DNA of 64,000 bases from Sphyrna mokarran (lineage: Eukaryota): positions 35,898,001 to 35,962,000 of the forward strand of contig JAGIQG010000022.1 in NCBI GenBank assembly GCA_024679065.1. Reading direction: 5' to 3'. Positions 1-11,619 of the stretch are shown here, in pieces. The translations under genes were made by a program, and so were the position numbers. The notes beneath the pieces are model-generated. The model saw only the letters and a program-made list of their open reading frames with translations. It had not been told where the DNA came from and searched no databases. Within the stretch, counting starts at the first letter, position 1. Every line of letters begins with the position of its first letter.

Positions 1-49
1 AATAAGATCTGAACTGTAGGCTGAATTTTCACCAAGACTGGATAACTCA

Positions 50-195
50 AACTCTGTCTAAAAGGTGGAAGGGTTTCCCAAGCTCTGTCTAAAGAGTGGG
101 AGGCTGGGGGGCGTTTCCCAAGCCATGTCTAAAAGCTAGGAGGGTTTCCCAAGCCCTGTCTAAAGGATTGAGGGGGGGGGGGGTTCCCAAGCCCA
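50..195. repeat. Degenerate tandem repeat (about 30-40 bp units)
   Basis: The motif TTTCCCAAGCYCTGTCTAAA followed by a G-rich spacer recurs about 4 times. Confidence 0.7.
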
Positions 196-265
196 TTTCA
201 GACATGTACAAAGCACCAAAACTCAGTTTGCTTAGGACCCTTAAAATCTGCAAGCCTTTCAATAT

Positions 266-1385
266 CAAAAACAACTTATATTTATATAGCACCTTATATT
301 AATAAAACATCACAAGCTGCTTCACAGGAGCATTATGAAACAAACTATGACAACAAGCCACATTAGGAGAGATTAGGTCAGAATGGTAATTTGGATAGGT
401 TTTAAAAAGAGTCTTTAAAGGAGAAGAGTGAGGTGGAGAGGCAGAGAGGTTGGAGGAGCTTGGTGTTAGGCTGCTGAAAGCACAGCCACCGTCGGTGGAG
501 CAATTAAAATTGAGATTGCTCAAGAATCCAATATTAGAGGAGTGAGAATTTCTCAGAGAATTGTAAGGTGGGACAAGATGACAAAGACAGGGAGGAGAAC
601 CGAAAACAAGGTCGGGAATTTTAAAGCCAAGACATCACTTAACTGGAAGCGAGTGTAGGTCAGCGAGCACAGAGAGGATATGGGAAGGTGACTTGGTGCA
701 AGCTAAGACGTGGCTAATTTTGGATCTCTTTACGGAGTGTAGAACGTAGACAGTCAGTCAGCAATGCACTAATATAGTCCAGTTCAGAGATACTGAAGGC
801 ATGACTCAGGCTTTCAGCAGCAGATGAGCTGAAAAGTAGGACAATGTTAAGGAAATGGGGATAAATAAATAAATAAAATTATCCCGGGAATACGTGTTTT
901 AATGATTCCTGGAATATACGCTCAGAAGCTCATCTCAATTCCAATATGGTACCAAGGCTGGGGACAGTCTGGTTTAGGCTCAGGATGTTACCAGGGAGAG
1001 GGATGGAATCAATAGTTTGGGAATGAAATTTGGAGTGGGGGTTGAAAACAATGGCCGGAATTTTGCCGGCACACTTGCCCTGGAAGGGGGGAGGATGAGG
1101 CTCGCAGAACAGCATTCTCCATTGACCCCGGGGGGATCTTACGAGCCTTGGGCAGGTAAGGTAGTAAAATTCTGGCATATGGCTTCAGTCTTCCCAATAT
1201 TTATTGAAGGAAATTTCTGCTGATCCAGTATTGAATGTGGGATAAGCAGTCTGACAATTTAGTACCAATGAAACGGTATGGGTGGTGAGGCAGCTAATGT
1301 AGGGTAGTGTGTTACAAACATACATATGATAAACTAACACAGTGTTACTGAATGAGGGGATTGTAGACAGCATGTCAATGAGAAG
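266..1385 (-). mobile_element. L2-clade LINE 3' region, decayed, interrupted by a MITE
   Basis: Starts with the antisense L2-type tail AACAACTTATATTTATATAGCACCTT. The same family appears at about 24775-25850 and 56915-57240, and in sense orientation at 10745-10975 and 30365-30772. Confidence 0.65.
1053..1177. mobile_element. MITE, PIF/Harbinger-like
   Basis: Terminal inverted repeats (TIRs) GGCCGGAATTTT...AAAATTCTGGC. It splits the L2 sequence ACAAT|GGCTTCAGTC and has an imperfect 3-bp TSD (AAT/TAT). Confidence 0.7.
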
Positions 1386-1602
1386 GAAGCGGGAGCTAAT
1401 ATAAACTTCTGATTTGGTCTGGCACTTCAAAGCTAAAGATAATCAGAAATGCACAATGTAGATCTTCATCTAGTCAGAATGAACCTTAAATCAAAGCTGA
1501 ATTTCAGCATTTATCTCAAGGAGCAGAAAATCAGGAAAAGCTGCATTTAAAACATTACATTTCATTCACAGCTTCTTAATTACACTCTTTCCCTCTTTCT
1601 GT

Positions 1603-1866
1603 GTGGCACGGTTAGCACTACTTCTTCATAGCTCCAGGGACCCAGGTTTGATTCCCTGTTTGGGTGATTGTCTGTATGGAGTCGGCACGTTTTCCCCATG
1701 TCTGTGTGGGTTTTCTCCAGGTGCTCCGGTTTCCTCCCACAGTCTGAAAGGCATGCTGATTAGATTGACCTGAACAGGTGTCTGACAGTGGTGACTAGAG
1801 GAATTTCATAGTAACTTCATTGCAGTGTTAATGTAAGCCTTACTTACGACTAATAAATTAACTTTA
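1603..1866 (+). mobile_element. HE1-like V-SINE, tail type B
   Basis: tRNA-like head (GGTTAGCAC...GGTTTGATTCC), V-domain GGGTTTTCTCCAGGTGCTCCGGTTTCCTCCCACAGTC, and tail GTAACTTCATTGCAGTGTTAATGTAAGCC...ACTAATAAA. Confidence 0.85.
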
Positions 1867-2169
1867 ATCCTATCATTACTTAGATTTTGAAATCCTCTCC
1901 AGTGGAGAGAAAGGCTTGATAATTTATTGACCCTCCGAATATTCTTCAGTACCTCTGGAGCAGAGTAGGAGACAAGTACGGACTCTGCTTTATCCCTCCT
2001 GGTCTAAGAGGGGGCGCTCACACTGTAATTCAGCTTTCTCAAAAGAGAATTCCTTTTAATGTTACCTCCTTCACTCCAGAAGACATTTCTTCCCTCTTGG
2101 GTCAGTTTCAAGGTCGTGTGCCTTGCCTAAAGGTGGTAATTCTGCATTTATGAGTCTCGGCATTGGCAG

Positions 2170-2375
2170 CATTAGCCCAAAGGATGATGGGAAATACCAC
2201 AGTCAAGCTTGCTCCACATTTGACACGTGCACTCGCCAGCAGAAGTCACTGGGTAGTGATCGAGATAGAAAGCGGCAGTGAATACTATCTCATCTCTTGC
2301 TCCCAGATGCTGAGAGCCCACTCATCCTCGGGCCGAGATCAGACTGGAGACTGAAAATGAGCTCTGACTTCCTAT
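2170..2375 (-). mobile_element. Possible ancient SINE remnant
   Basis: Weak resemblance to an old chondrichthyan SINE body (CCAGCAG..GTCACTGG.TAG.GATC...GAGATCAG). Highly diverged. Confidence 0.3.
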
Positions 2376-3831
2376 TTGAAGCCTTTATACCCTGTTGACT
2401 GGCAGTCCCTCTTGGCCATGCCACACCGGAGCACCAGCATCCGCATTTCACAAAGCTTGCATTAGAAATTTATAACATAGCAAATTATTCAAACATGCAA
2501 AAGGTGTTTGGTATTCAATTTACATACTACATGACCTTATAAACAACCTTCATCAACAAAGCACAGACTTGAATGAGCCGAATTCTGAATTTAAATAAGT
2601 TTTTTTTGTAGCACGGTAGAACTTACAGAAGAGTAATTATTGTGAATATTTCCCCACTGCCCACACAGCTCCCTATCACTTGATCAACAGAATACACTTT
2701 TTGAGCTTTTGAAAATGTCACAATGTTTTTACTTTAATCCTAATACATGTTTAAATCTGGATAAGCTATTTAGAATATCGGTGTATTTGAAAGCCAGCAC
2801 ATGTTTGCTTTTGATTCTTCATATTTTTGGGTGAATATATCTAACTCAGACAGAAATTAGTTACCGTTTTCAATCGTATCTTGTTCTTATGATCTGCATT
2901 TGTCAGAAGATGGAAGCAGACTATTGAAGTAAGTAAGCAGGGGGAAATGATCGTACGTGAGACATTTCATGAGCATTTAACAAGCTGTGATCAAATTCCA
3001 TAGTGCTATTTTAATAGAGGTATTAATCTGTGTAGAAAATTGTTATAACGTCTCTTAAAAGACAGAAAGAAGAATTTAATGCAGAGAGTTTAATGACATC
3101 ACTGCCTGTAATTTCTGGGTCACGGTGTTAGCTTTTAATCTAAGGTTCGGAGACGCCAAATTTGAATTTCCAGTTTCTCTGGGGTACAAACTGACAGTGA
3201 AATATTGGTCTTTCACAAACTTAACCTTTATCACGATTCTGCGGAGTCATACTCGATTTTCTGTCCCGACACCCCACACCCCACACTACAACATCCCCGC
3301 ATCCTTCCTCCCCCTCCCACCCCGCACACAACAACACTCCTCCTGTACTGCCTCCTACACCTCTCTGACTGCCCCCCACATACCCCTACAGCCCTCTCTC
3401 ACACCATATTCCACTATCCTCCCCCAATGCACCTCACTCTATTCACCCACTCTGCTACATCACCCCCTCTCCATCCTCACCCCCAGTGCTGTGTGGGGTT
3501 TCCCAACAGTGGCGGTGGCTTGCCATTGGCTGCCAGCAGGATCCTCTGATGTTGCTTGCTGACTGCTCTATTGGGTAACAGCTACCGGGGGGGTGTCAGC
3601 TTCTGCAGTACTGGAAAATGGGAAGGGCTGGCAAATCCAAGCCCTAGATTTCAACTGAGTCTAGACCAATGGTTCATCGGCTAACCTTCCCCTCACAGAA
3701 CTGACACCTTGATTTCTGCATCATCACTTACCCCCACTGCCCTACATTCTGCTCCCCACCCCCCTCAAACATACAGATAGAAAGAGATTAGTTAATCCCA
3801 CCTCAGATGCACTATATATTTATGGATGGCT

Positions 3832-4095
3832 ATAAGAACACATGGAGATAGGATTGAGAGTAGGTCACACTCCTCCACCATATGAAAAACTCCTGGCTGA
3901 TCTTCAACTGCAAATCAACTTTCCCATTTGATCCCACATCCCTTAATTGCTGTAAATCTTTCAGCCTCAGCCTTGAATATACTCAGCAGCTTCACATCAA
4001 TAACCTTCTGCAGTACAGAATTCCAAAGATTCATGACCTTCTTCTTCATTTCAGCTGATTCTATATTTGGATAGCGTGATCCCTAATTCTAGACA
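3832..4095 (-). mobile_element. CR1 LINE 3' end fragment, old
   Basis: Antisense CR1 3'UTR/ORF2 end: ATAAGAAC...CTCAGCCTTGAATATACTCA...AGAATTCCAAAGATTC. Confidence 0.7.
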
Positions 4096-4119
4096 AGTGG
4101 TTCTCAAATTCTTCTGGTT

Positions 4120-4940
4120 ATAGAATAAAATTATTAAATAGTTGCAGCAGAGGCAGAGACCATTCAATCCACTGTGTTTGTACTAGCTGTCTGGGAAAAC
4201 AACTACCATTATGCAACTCCCCTGCCATTTCCTTGTGGCCCTGTAGCCTTTTTCTTTCCAGATGCTTGTCCAATTTCCTTTCAAAAGCCTCAGTTGAATG
4301 TATCTCAGGCAGCGCATTCCCAACCCTAGCCATTCACTGTGTGAAAACAATTTTCCTCATTGCTTCTGTGGTAGCGTGGCCCCTTTCAGGGGGCATTCCC
4401 TGAAGGCCACCTGGTTAGGCCGAAGCCTGAGTGTTGAGATGGGAAGCTGAGCCAATGGAGTGTAAAGGTGCATATCCTAGGTGAGTGGGGGAGGGGATCC
4501 ATGGTTGGAAACAGGGAGGTTATAGTCGCATGGTTATTCTGCCTGACTCAGTTTGTAAAGATAGTTATTTGTTCATTGGTAACAAAATCTTTGTTCCTCA
4601 GATTTACCGAGTCCCTCTCAATTTATTACAGCTGCTTTTGCCAATAACCTTAAATTGGTGGCTTTTGCTTCTACCAATGGGATTATGATTCTCTGCATCT
4701 CCTCTGTCCAGGTTCCTTGTGATCTTCAATATCTCTATCAGATTCCTCTCTCAACTTTCTCTTCTCAAAGGAGAACAACTCCAACCAGTCCCATAACTGA
4801 AATCCCTCATCGTTGGAATGATGCTCGTGAATCCATTCAGCAGCCTCTCTAATGCCTTTGCAGCCTCCTGAATGCCCAAAACTGGACAGAATACTGCAGG
4901 TGAGGCCACGCAAGTGTTCGATACAGATTTATAAAGATGG
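4120..4940 (-). mobile_element. CR1 LINE 3' fragment, interrupted by a solo LTR
   Basis: Minus-strand translation includes WNALP-like VGNALPE and FERKLDKHL, plus ELFSFEKRKLR and QYSVQFWA-type CR1 ORF2 motifs. Confidence 0.75.
4367..4630 (+). mobile_element. Solo LTR (TG...CA)
   Basis: Begins TGTGGTAGC and ends TTATTACA, with 5-bp flanks GCTTC/GCTGC (TSD with one mismatch). It interrupts a CR1 that is contiguous across it. A paralogue lies at 20963-21215. Confidence 0.7.
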
Positions 4941-5065
4941 TTCTGATGAAAGGACATCACAAGCTGCAGTGTTAAACTCTGTTTCTCTTCACGGGTGTAC
5001 CTGACCAGCTGAGCATTTTGGCATCTTTTGTTTTTATTTTCAGCATGCGCAGTATTTTGCTCTTG
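4940..5065 (+). mobile_element. Penelope-like element terminal repeat fragment (family 1) with a decayed hammerhead core
   Basis: GTTCTGATGAAAGG...TTAAACTCTGTTTCTCT...CCTGACCAGCTGAGCATTTT...GCAGTATTTTGC. Related copies at 42750-42890 and 50412-50910. Confidence 0.55.
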
Positions 5066-5179
5066 TTTTTAATCAGAGCAAGGCAGACACCAAGGATCAA
5101 GTGAGCTTCATTAATTGCTTTCCAGACCAGCCCTGCCACATTGTATTATCACATTTGAATTTATTATTCCTTTAAATGT

Positions 5180-7725
5180 TTTAGTTTATCAGGGGAGAGT
5201 GGATGGGGCTGGGAGGAGTGAGGTGTTCCAAAGAGGGTGTGGAATCCATGCCCAGCTGCGTACTGTTCCCATAGCCCATTTCACACACATCAGCAGCTGC
5301 CCAGCATGAAACACGTGGCAGGGAGAGAGCAGGCACTGGGAACAGGGAAAGGGTGGGTGGGGGTTTAAATAGAGCTTCCCGCAAACTGGAAGTCTGCCCT
5401 CAGATCACCAGGAAGTTGCAAATGTTTTGTCACCTTGCTTGACTGAGAGTGCTGCTCTTGTGTCTGGAATTGGTGCTCAGCACTGATGCTAAGCACGGCA
5501 GACATGCCCCCTTTTTTCGGGTTTTGCTGGAGTCGGTTGCCGTGACAGGCTGTTAATGCGGGATTGCAAGAGGAGGCCACCTGATGTGACGGAGAAGGTC
5601 AGAATGGAAGTAGCTGGTCTGGCCAGTGGCCATGGTGTTGTTCACTGAAGCTGGATCCAGCGTCGGTAAAGGTTCACTGTGCTCTGCTGGGATGAATATC
5701 AATTCCAGTCAGAATCTCGGGTGGAGGTTTTTTGTGGATTGCAGAACAGGTTGTCGCTCACAGCTGTGAAATGTAACATCCCTCCTCGGACTGCACGCTG
5801 ATTGGAAGAGTCCCATCACTTTCTGTCCAAGGAGACGATACCATTGTTTCAGCGCACTGAGATCAATGCTCTGAGGATGCCATCCACAGTGGAGACATTG
5901 GTAGGGTATGCACTACATGGCAGACAATATTTATACCAGGTTCAGTTCATAATCTCCATGTCTGAGGGCTCTAACTTCATGGTGCAGGCATTGGTGGGGA
6001 TCCGTGAGTGTCAGCGCCAGAGGACGGTGGGGTTTTTGGGCCTCGCTGCAGCTGATCCGATGGAGGAGCACCTTCCAGAGGGCTGAGAATCATCTGGGGC
6101 TTTCCACCCAGGAGACCCTGGTCATGTCCAGCCCATCTGACTCTCCCTCCCGTGACAACACATCTCCAGACCCACACACCAGAGGAAGCAGCACGCAACA
6201 CCCGTGCTGCCTGAAGGAAGGCCAGGATCTGTAAGGCTCAGGCCCACCAGGGGATGCCCATCAAAGTCATCTCAGGCAACAGGGTGTGGAAATCAGCAGG
6301 CATCTCCAACTTCAGCTATGGATCCTGGGCAAGTAACCAGTCCAAGTGAGAGGGTAAGGACGGGTAGGAAGTTATAGGCAGCTAGTTGGCATGGGTGAAA
6401 TTGGATACACGTGTAGAAAGGTCATGACTGTGTATATTCTGGAATAAATATTCAATCTATCATCCCACAGAGCCCCCACTGAAAGCTTTGTTAACCCCTG
6501 CACACACCCAGCCCTTCGGTCCTGATGAGCGTGAGAATGGCTGTACAATGTGTTGACTACACTGAAGAAGCTATAGGCTCTCAGCTGTAAGGAACCTCTC
6601 CCAACTTCTGGAAACCCTTCCCATATCCCCATTCATTGATGGGTCATTCTCCCTGCTGCCCTACCCCCTGTCCTATCAAGATTAGAGTATTTGAAGGGTG
6701 TAACATTGTACTTGTGCACAAGAGGCTAAGAGACTATTGAATTGCTAAGAGCCTGCCCTTCCTCGATGAAAGTTGGAATGTTCCCCAAAGGGGCCTGCAG
6801 CTCCTGATGCTCATCTTAAACTGGTTATGAAGCCCACAATGTGCTGTTAATTAACAGGGAACATTCAGCTCTCTGTTAGGCAGGAATTAGACATATCGCT
6901 GTGCCCTCACTGCAAGTTACCATCAGTCTCCTGCAACGTCTGGCCAATGGCTTGCAATGTTATAGTTTGCAGATGCTGGCACCAAATTTTTCATTACATC
7001 TGGCACAGGCTACTCCTGCTAATCCCCAAAATGAGATATTGTATGGGCCTACGCTGCTCGGCACCCAATTCTGGCCATGTCCATAGCCCTGCCTTCCTCC
7101 TTCTCGGTTTTGTCATGCTCCCCCCTCTCTCAACATCCTCCTCATCTGTGGGGATGTGACATTCACCTAGGCAGTCTCCCCTGTTGAATGCTAAGTTGTG
7201 TAGCATACAGCAGACCTCAGTAATGTGGGAGATCCTCTGTATTGTTGGGCACTCCTGACTGGTCCAGGCACCTAAACCACAGCTTCCCCCAACAGCCCCA
7301 ATCATCCTTGCTACCAGTCATCTACTTCTCTAAACAATCATCCCCTTCACTGTTTGTTGCCCTCCCCCCACCCCCACAATCACAAACCTACACATGGTGC
7401 TTTTCCTAGGGCCAAGAGCCAGCCCCATCACTACCTCCTGACACAGGTTAGCTCTGCAGTGCCAGGACACTGCCTGGTCATTTTTTTTCCTTTGAGTAAC
7501 CTTCCTGTAAACCTTGCTGATGTGACCTCATATCAATGAGGTATGGAAATTTTGTGAAGGGGGATAATTTGGTGAGGTTGTTGTTTAATCATATTTAAGT
7601 TCATTACAATGAATTAAAATAAGGTTCACGTCCATAATGGGGTTGGTGATGGTTGGGGAAAATTGGAGATTGCAACCTTACTGGCGAGATTTGCAATTTC
7701 CATTTTGCTCTGGATTTAGAGCCCT
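5180..7725 (-). mobile_element. Decayed PIF/Harbinger DNA transposon
   Basis: Transposase remnant at 6994-7330, next to GC-rich decayed coding-like sequence that may be the Myb/SANT-like second gene. Ends are approximate. Confidence 0.55.
6994..7330 (-). pseudogene. Harbinger (HARBI1-like) DDE transposase C-terminal remnant
   Basis: RISHITEVCCMLHNLAFNRG followed by acidic DEED matches the Harbinger ...CCxLHN motif. Upstream it reads TIG...RF-CLD-SG with frameshifts. Confidence 0.75.
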
Positions 7726-7734
7726 TTCTGGCGA

Positions 7735-7975
7735 TTTCGTGCACAGACATCAAGAGACTCAAGATCCCACCTTCTGCTTCCACTTTTCGAGGAAGAGAAT
7801 TCCAAAGACTCTCAACCCTCAGAGAGAAAAAAAAATTCTCCTCATCTCTGTCTTAAATGAGCTACTGCTTGTTTTGTAAACAGTGACCTCGAGTTCCAGA
7901 TTCTCCGATAAGGGGAAACATGCTCTCCACATCCATCCTGTCAAGACCCCTCAGCAGCTTAAAGGTTGTGATCTA
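7735..7975 (-). mobile_element. CR1 LINE fragment
   Basis: AGAGAATTCCAAAGACTCTCAACCCTCAGAGAGAAAAAAATTCTCCTCATCTCTGTCTTAAATG is the antisense CR1 FFSLRV..LWNSL region. Confidence 0.75.
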
Positions 7976-9179
7976 GGGAAGGTTGTTCAATGCATTCGTT
8001 ATCTGCACAGTTCCCTCTTTTCGAACCCTAGGATATAGGCCAAAGGATTTGTTAGCCTTTAGTCACATTAATTTCTTCAGAACTTTTTATTTACAGTTTG
8101 AATTGTTTTTGGTTTCTCACGTGCATTGGGTGCCCCTTATTTTTGATATGTATTTTGAGTCTTCTATATTGAAGACAAATACTGAGCATTTTGTTTCATG
8201 TCTCTGCCATTTCTGTATCTCCTGCTCTATTTTTCCTCCCTTAGGTTTTTGAGGTTACATACTTTTGGCATTCACTTCCTTTTTTATGAACTTGTATGGG
8301 ATTTAACAGTCTTGATGTGAATGGGAGATTTGCTCCATAGCACTGATACGTTAAGTAGGCTATTGCAGCTGGTTTCTGAGCCCCAGTGTCAGGCTCAAAG
8401 ACCCAGACTTCATGGAAGATAATCACTCATCCTTCCCCAGTTTGGGGATCAATGGCAAGAGGGTTGGCTTGTCGTCCAATTAAGGATGTGGGGCAGGCAC
8501 ACAAAACTGAGCTGCCAATAAGTGGACACTTCAAAATGGAGATGCTCTCTCTTTACTTTTTCATGGTCTTTTGCATTGATGCTTCTTACAATATTAACAA
8601 GTTTGGGAAAATTATGCTGCTGACAATTTGAGTATTAAAGATAATAGGCAGGCAGTGGACAAGCCCCAGCATGAGTCAATATTTCTATGCTGGTGGAGAA
8701 TAAATTGGAGTTGAAGCCAAAAATGTCAGGAAATGTCCTTTCCCCTTATGGGTGCTGATGATCCTCCTGTATATTCGGGAAAGTTTGCTAGTACAAGGCT
8801 GGTCTGTCAAGTTAGAGAACCTGTTAGTTAGGGTAGTCCATACTGTCAGCTGTGGGAGCAGTGGCTTAGTCAACACCATGGCAATGAGGCTATCGACATG
8901 ATAAGGCCAGGCAGACAGAAGGAGAAGGAGAGAGCAGAAAGCTTGTATCTGACCAAGCTGACAATCATGTCCTCAGTGACTTAATGGGCAATTGATTTGA
9001 AATGTTGTTTTTCTACTTTTCTCTCACTCTCGATGGCTGTTGTTCCTGTTCTGTTGCCAATGGCATATTTAAAAGTTGACAGCATACCAGTGCGTCACAA
9101 TCTGCTGAACGTGCAAGAGAATGGACTTTGTATAACTCACCCAGAATGCGCAGGCAGTGAAAAATTAGGGACATAATCT

Positions 9180-9352
9180 CAGCTGGTTCACTCATGTGCT
9201 GAAAGGAAGGAAATCTACTGTCTTTACTCGACCTGGCCTACACATGACTCCAGACCCACAGCAATGTGATTGACCCTCAACTGCCCTCGGATAATTAGGG
9301 ATGGGCAATAAATGCTGGCCAACTAGCAAAATCCTGTGAATTAATAAAAACA
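9180..9352 (+). mobile_element. tRNA-SINE family 2, 3' half
   Basis: CTGGTTCACT...GGAAGGAAATCT...CATGACTCCAGACCCACAGCAATGTG...GGGCAATAAATGCTGGCC, matching the full copies listed below. Confidence 0.8.
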
Positions 9353-9562
9353 AGCTGGCTCCATGTGCGTCCCTTGCCATTTATATAACTGTGAGGTCCC
9401 TAACATTCTTGTGTCCTGCTTCAATTCCTTTACCATGCTGTGGGTCTAGCTGATCCCTCTGAATCCTCCACAACTCATTATTGGTTTTCCAATTTGACAG
9501 TCATCTATAAAGATGGAAGGAAAAACATGATATTGAGATGCTGCTGTAAAATTGAGTCAGAC

Positions 9563-9571
9563 ACCACCACC

Positions 9572-9622
<51 letters not shown>
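9563..9622. repeat. Compound poly-C and (CA)n microsatellite
   Basis: A run of about 18 C followed by about 17 CA units. Confidence 0.95.
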
Positions 9623-9626
<4 letters not shown>

Positions 9627-9656
9627 CTCCGGCCTTAAGGAGATCCACAGTTATTA

Positions 9657-9848
9657 GACACTAAGGGACAACTTAGCATGACCAACCCACTTAACCTGTA
9701 CATCTCTGGACTGTGGGAGGAAACTGAAGCATCCAGAGGAAACCCACACAGACACAGGGAGAATGTGCAAACTCCAAACAGAGTGACCCAAGGCAAGAAT
9801 TAAACCTGAATTGCTGGCACTGTGAGGCAGCAGTGTTAACTGTGCCAT
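9657..9848 (-). mobile_element. HE1-like V-SINE (head and V-domain)
   Basis: Antisense GACTGTGGGAGGAAACTGAAGCATCCAGAGGAAACCCAC...GTGAGGCAGCAGTGTTAAC. Confidence 0.85.
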
Positions 9849-10600
9849 TGAGCTGCTGTCAGGACAAGAAACAATGAGATTAGATAACAGCAAGAACTGA
9901 GTTCTGGAAATTTATTTTTTAATGCTGACATGGTTGACTAAGAGCATTCATATCAATTTAACGAGACCTATCCAATCTCACACTTTTAACTGGAAACTCA
10001 CACTGAGCTTTTTCTGTAGTTCCTTGCCGGTAGATTTCAGAATGGTACATTTATACATTAAGTCACAAATTGTGAAGTTTCTTTTTGCACTTATATAAAG
10101 GCATAAAAGTAAAATTAGCAAAGTTCATTCTAAATCAACCCACAGTTGTACCAATGACAAATAAAGTACATTTGACAATATTCAGCTTTTTACATCTGTT
10201 GAGGATTCCCTCTATAATTTACTGAGAGTCAAATGATAAGAAGGAAGTTTCCATGAGCAGCTGGAATGTCCCACAATTTGAAGCTAGTGTCTATATGTTG
10301 TCTGGAATAACTATTCTCTGTTAACAATGTCCTGCTCATTGTGGTACTGAATGCTGAAGAGTGTGTGAAATTACAAGAGATCAATTCAGACACATTCAAA
10401 AAGCAGACACTGGCACAATTAAGTTCTGATCATAAGTATAGTCCAGGTGAAGGCATACATAGACATAGCAAAATACAACAAAGTACCTCAGTCTCTTCCA
10501 GCCTCAGATTTCTACATTTTTTTAGTTTTGGCCTCTTGCACAGATTGGATGCACTGCCTCACCATTGTTGGCCCTGCTTTTCACTAACTAATACAGAACT

Positions 10601-10737
10601 CCCACCCACCTGATGAAGGAACAGCCAGTTCTGAAAGCTAGTAGCATTTGCTACAAATAAACCTGTTGGACTTTAACCTGGTATCGTGAGACTTCTTACC
10701 ATTTTTACTCCAGTCCAATACCAGCATCTCCACGTCA
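10601..10737 (+). mobile_element. Penelope-like element terminal repeat (family 2) carrying a hammerhead motif
   Basis: CACCTGATGAAGGA...GAAAGCTAGT...AATAAACCTGTTGGACTTTAACCTGGT...GCATCTCCAC. A second copy lies antisense at 53260-53359. Confidence 0.65.
10606..10644 (+). ncRNA. Minimal type I hammerhead ribozyme motif
   Basis: Stem I CCAC/GUAG (one mismatch), core CUGAUGA, stem II GGAAC/GUUCU around loop AGCCA, GAAA, palindromic minimal helix III (AGCU), and predicted cleavage triplet CUA at 10638-10640. Confidence 0.6.
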
Positions 10738-10744
10738 CTCTCAC

Positions 10745-10975
10745 CTAACTAGGCCCTAAGCTCTAGAATTCTCTCTACAAATCCCCCTGCCTGTCCACTG
10801 CTCTTTTCTCAGAATATAAGCATATATTTTATGCTTCTTAAAATATATATCTTTGATCAATTTCATAGTCATTGGCCCTAATATCTCGATATGTGGCTCA
10901 GGATGGAATTTTGTTTGAAAATGTTCCTCGGGGATTTGAAGCTAAGTTAAGGACACTGATATAAATGCAAGTTAT
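10745..10975 (+). mobile_element. L2 LINE 3' end
   Basis: GGCCCTAAGCTCTAGAATTCTCTC (P-LWNSL) ... ATATAAATGCAAGTT tail. Confidence 0.65.
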
Positions 10976-11619
10976 TCATCTAAGTTTATCATTTTTACAG
11001 AATTTCATTAGTTCTGGATAAAACAGATTTTCAGAGACCTTCATTTTGGTTGTGATTTCCAACAAGAGGTGAAAAGTGTCATAAGGTTTATTCCCTTGTT
11101 GTGAACCACTGTTTTTTTCTGATAAACCTTTTTCTGTCTAAACTATGCACCCCCACCCCCCCGAGATTTTGGAACAATCTGAGGCCTGATATCTGAATAA
11201 TTTTACTTCCCAGCACACCAATATTGAGAAAACAGGGTAAAAGATTCCAATAGGAAGTCTGTGTGACTACAGAAGGTGTGGACAGCTATATAATGAAGGA
11301 TAGATTAACTCAAAGGAATAGACAGTTTTTTCCTGACATGTTGATATTTTTACATAGGAGTTTATAGCTCAAGTTCAGATATTATACCATACAGTATTAC
11401 TGTCAGTAAATCACTATCTGAACATTCCTTTTCCATTTATTTCAATTTCAGACAACACCACATAGAAAGCAAACACTTCCAGTCAGATATTTTTTCATCA
11501 TGTATTGATAGGTTTGTCCAGTTTGATGTACAGTCAGCCACTATCATGCGATGCCTTTGGAAATACAGCTAGCTAAAGCATTTTTAAAATCAGATTTAGC
11601 CGAGAGATTTTAGAGGTTG

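Noticed and set aside
3125-3562. Pro/His/Thr-rich ORFs (also 54323-54760)
   Set aside because: They come from C-rich low-complexity interiors of non-autonomous DNA elements.
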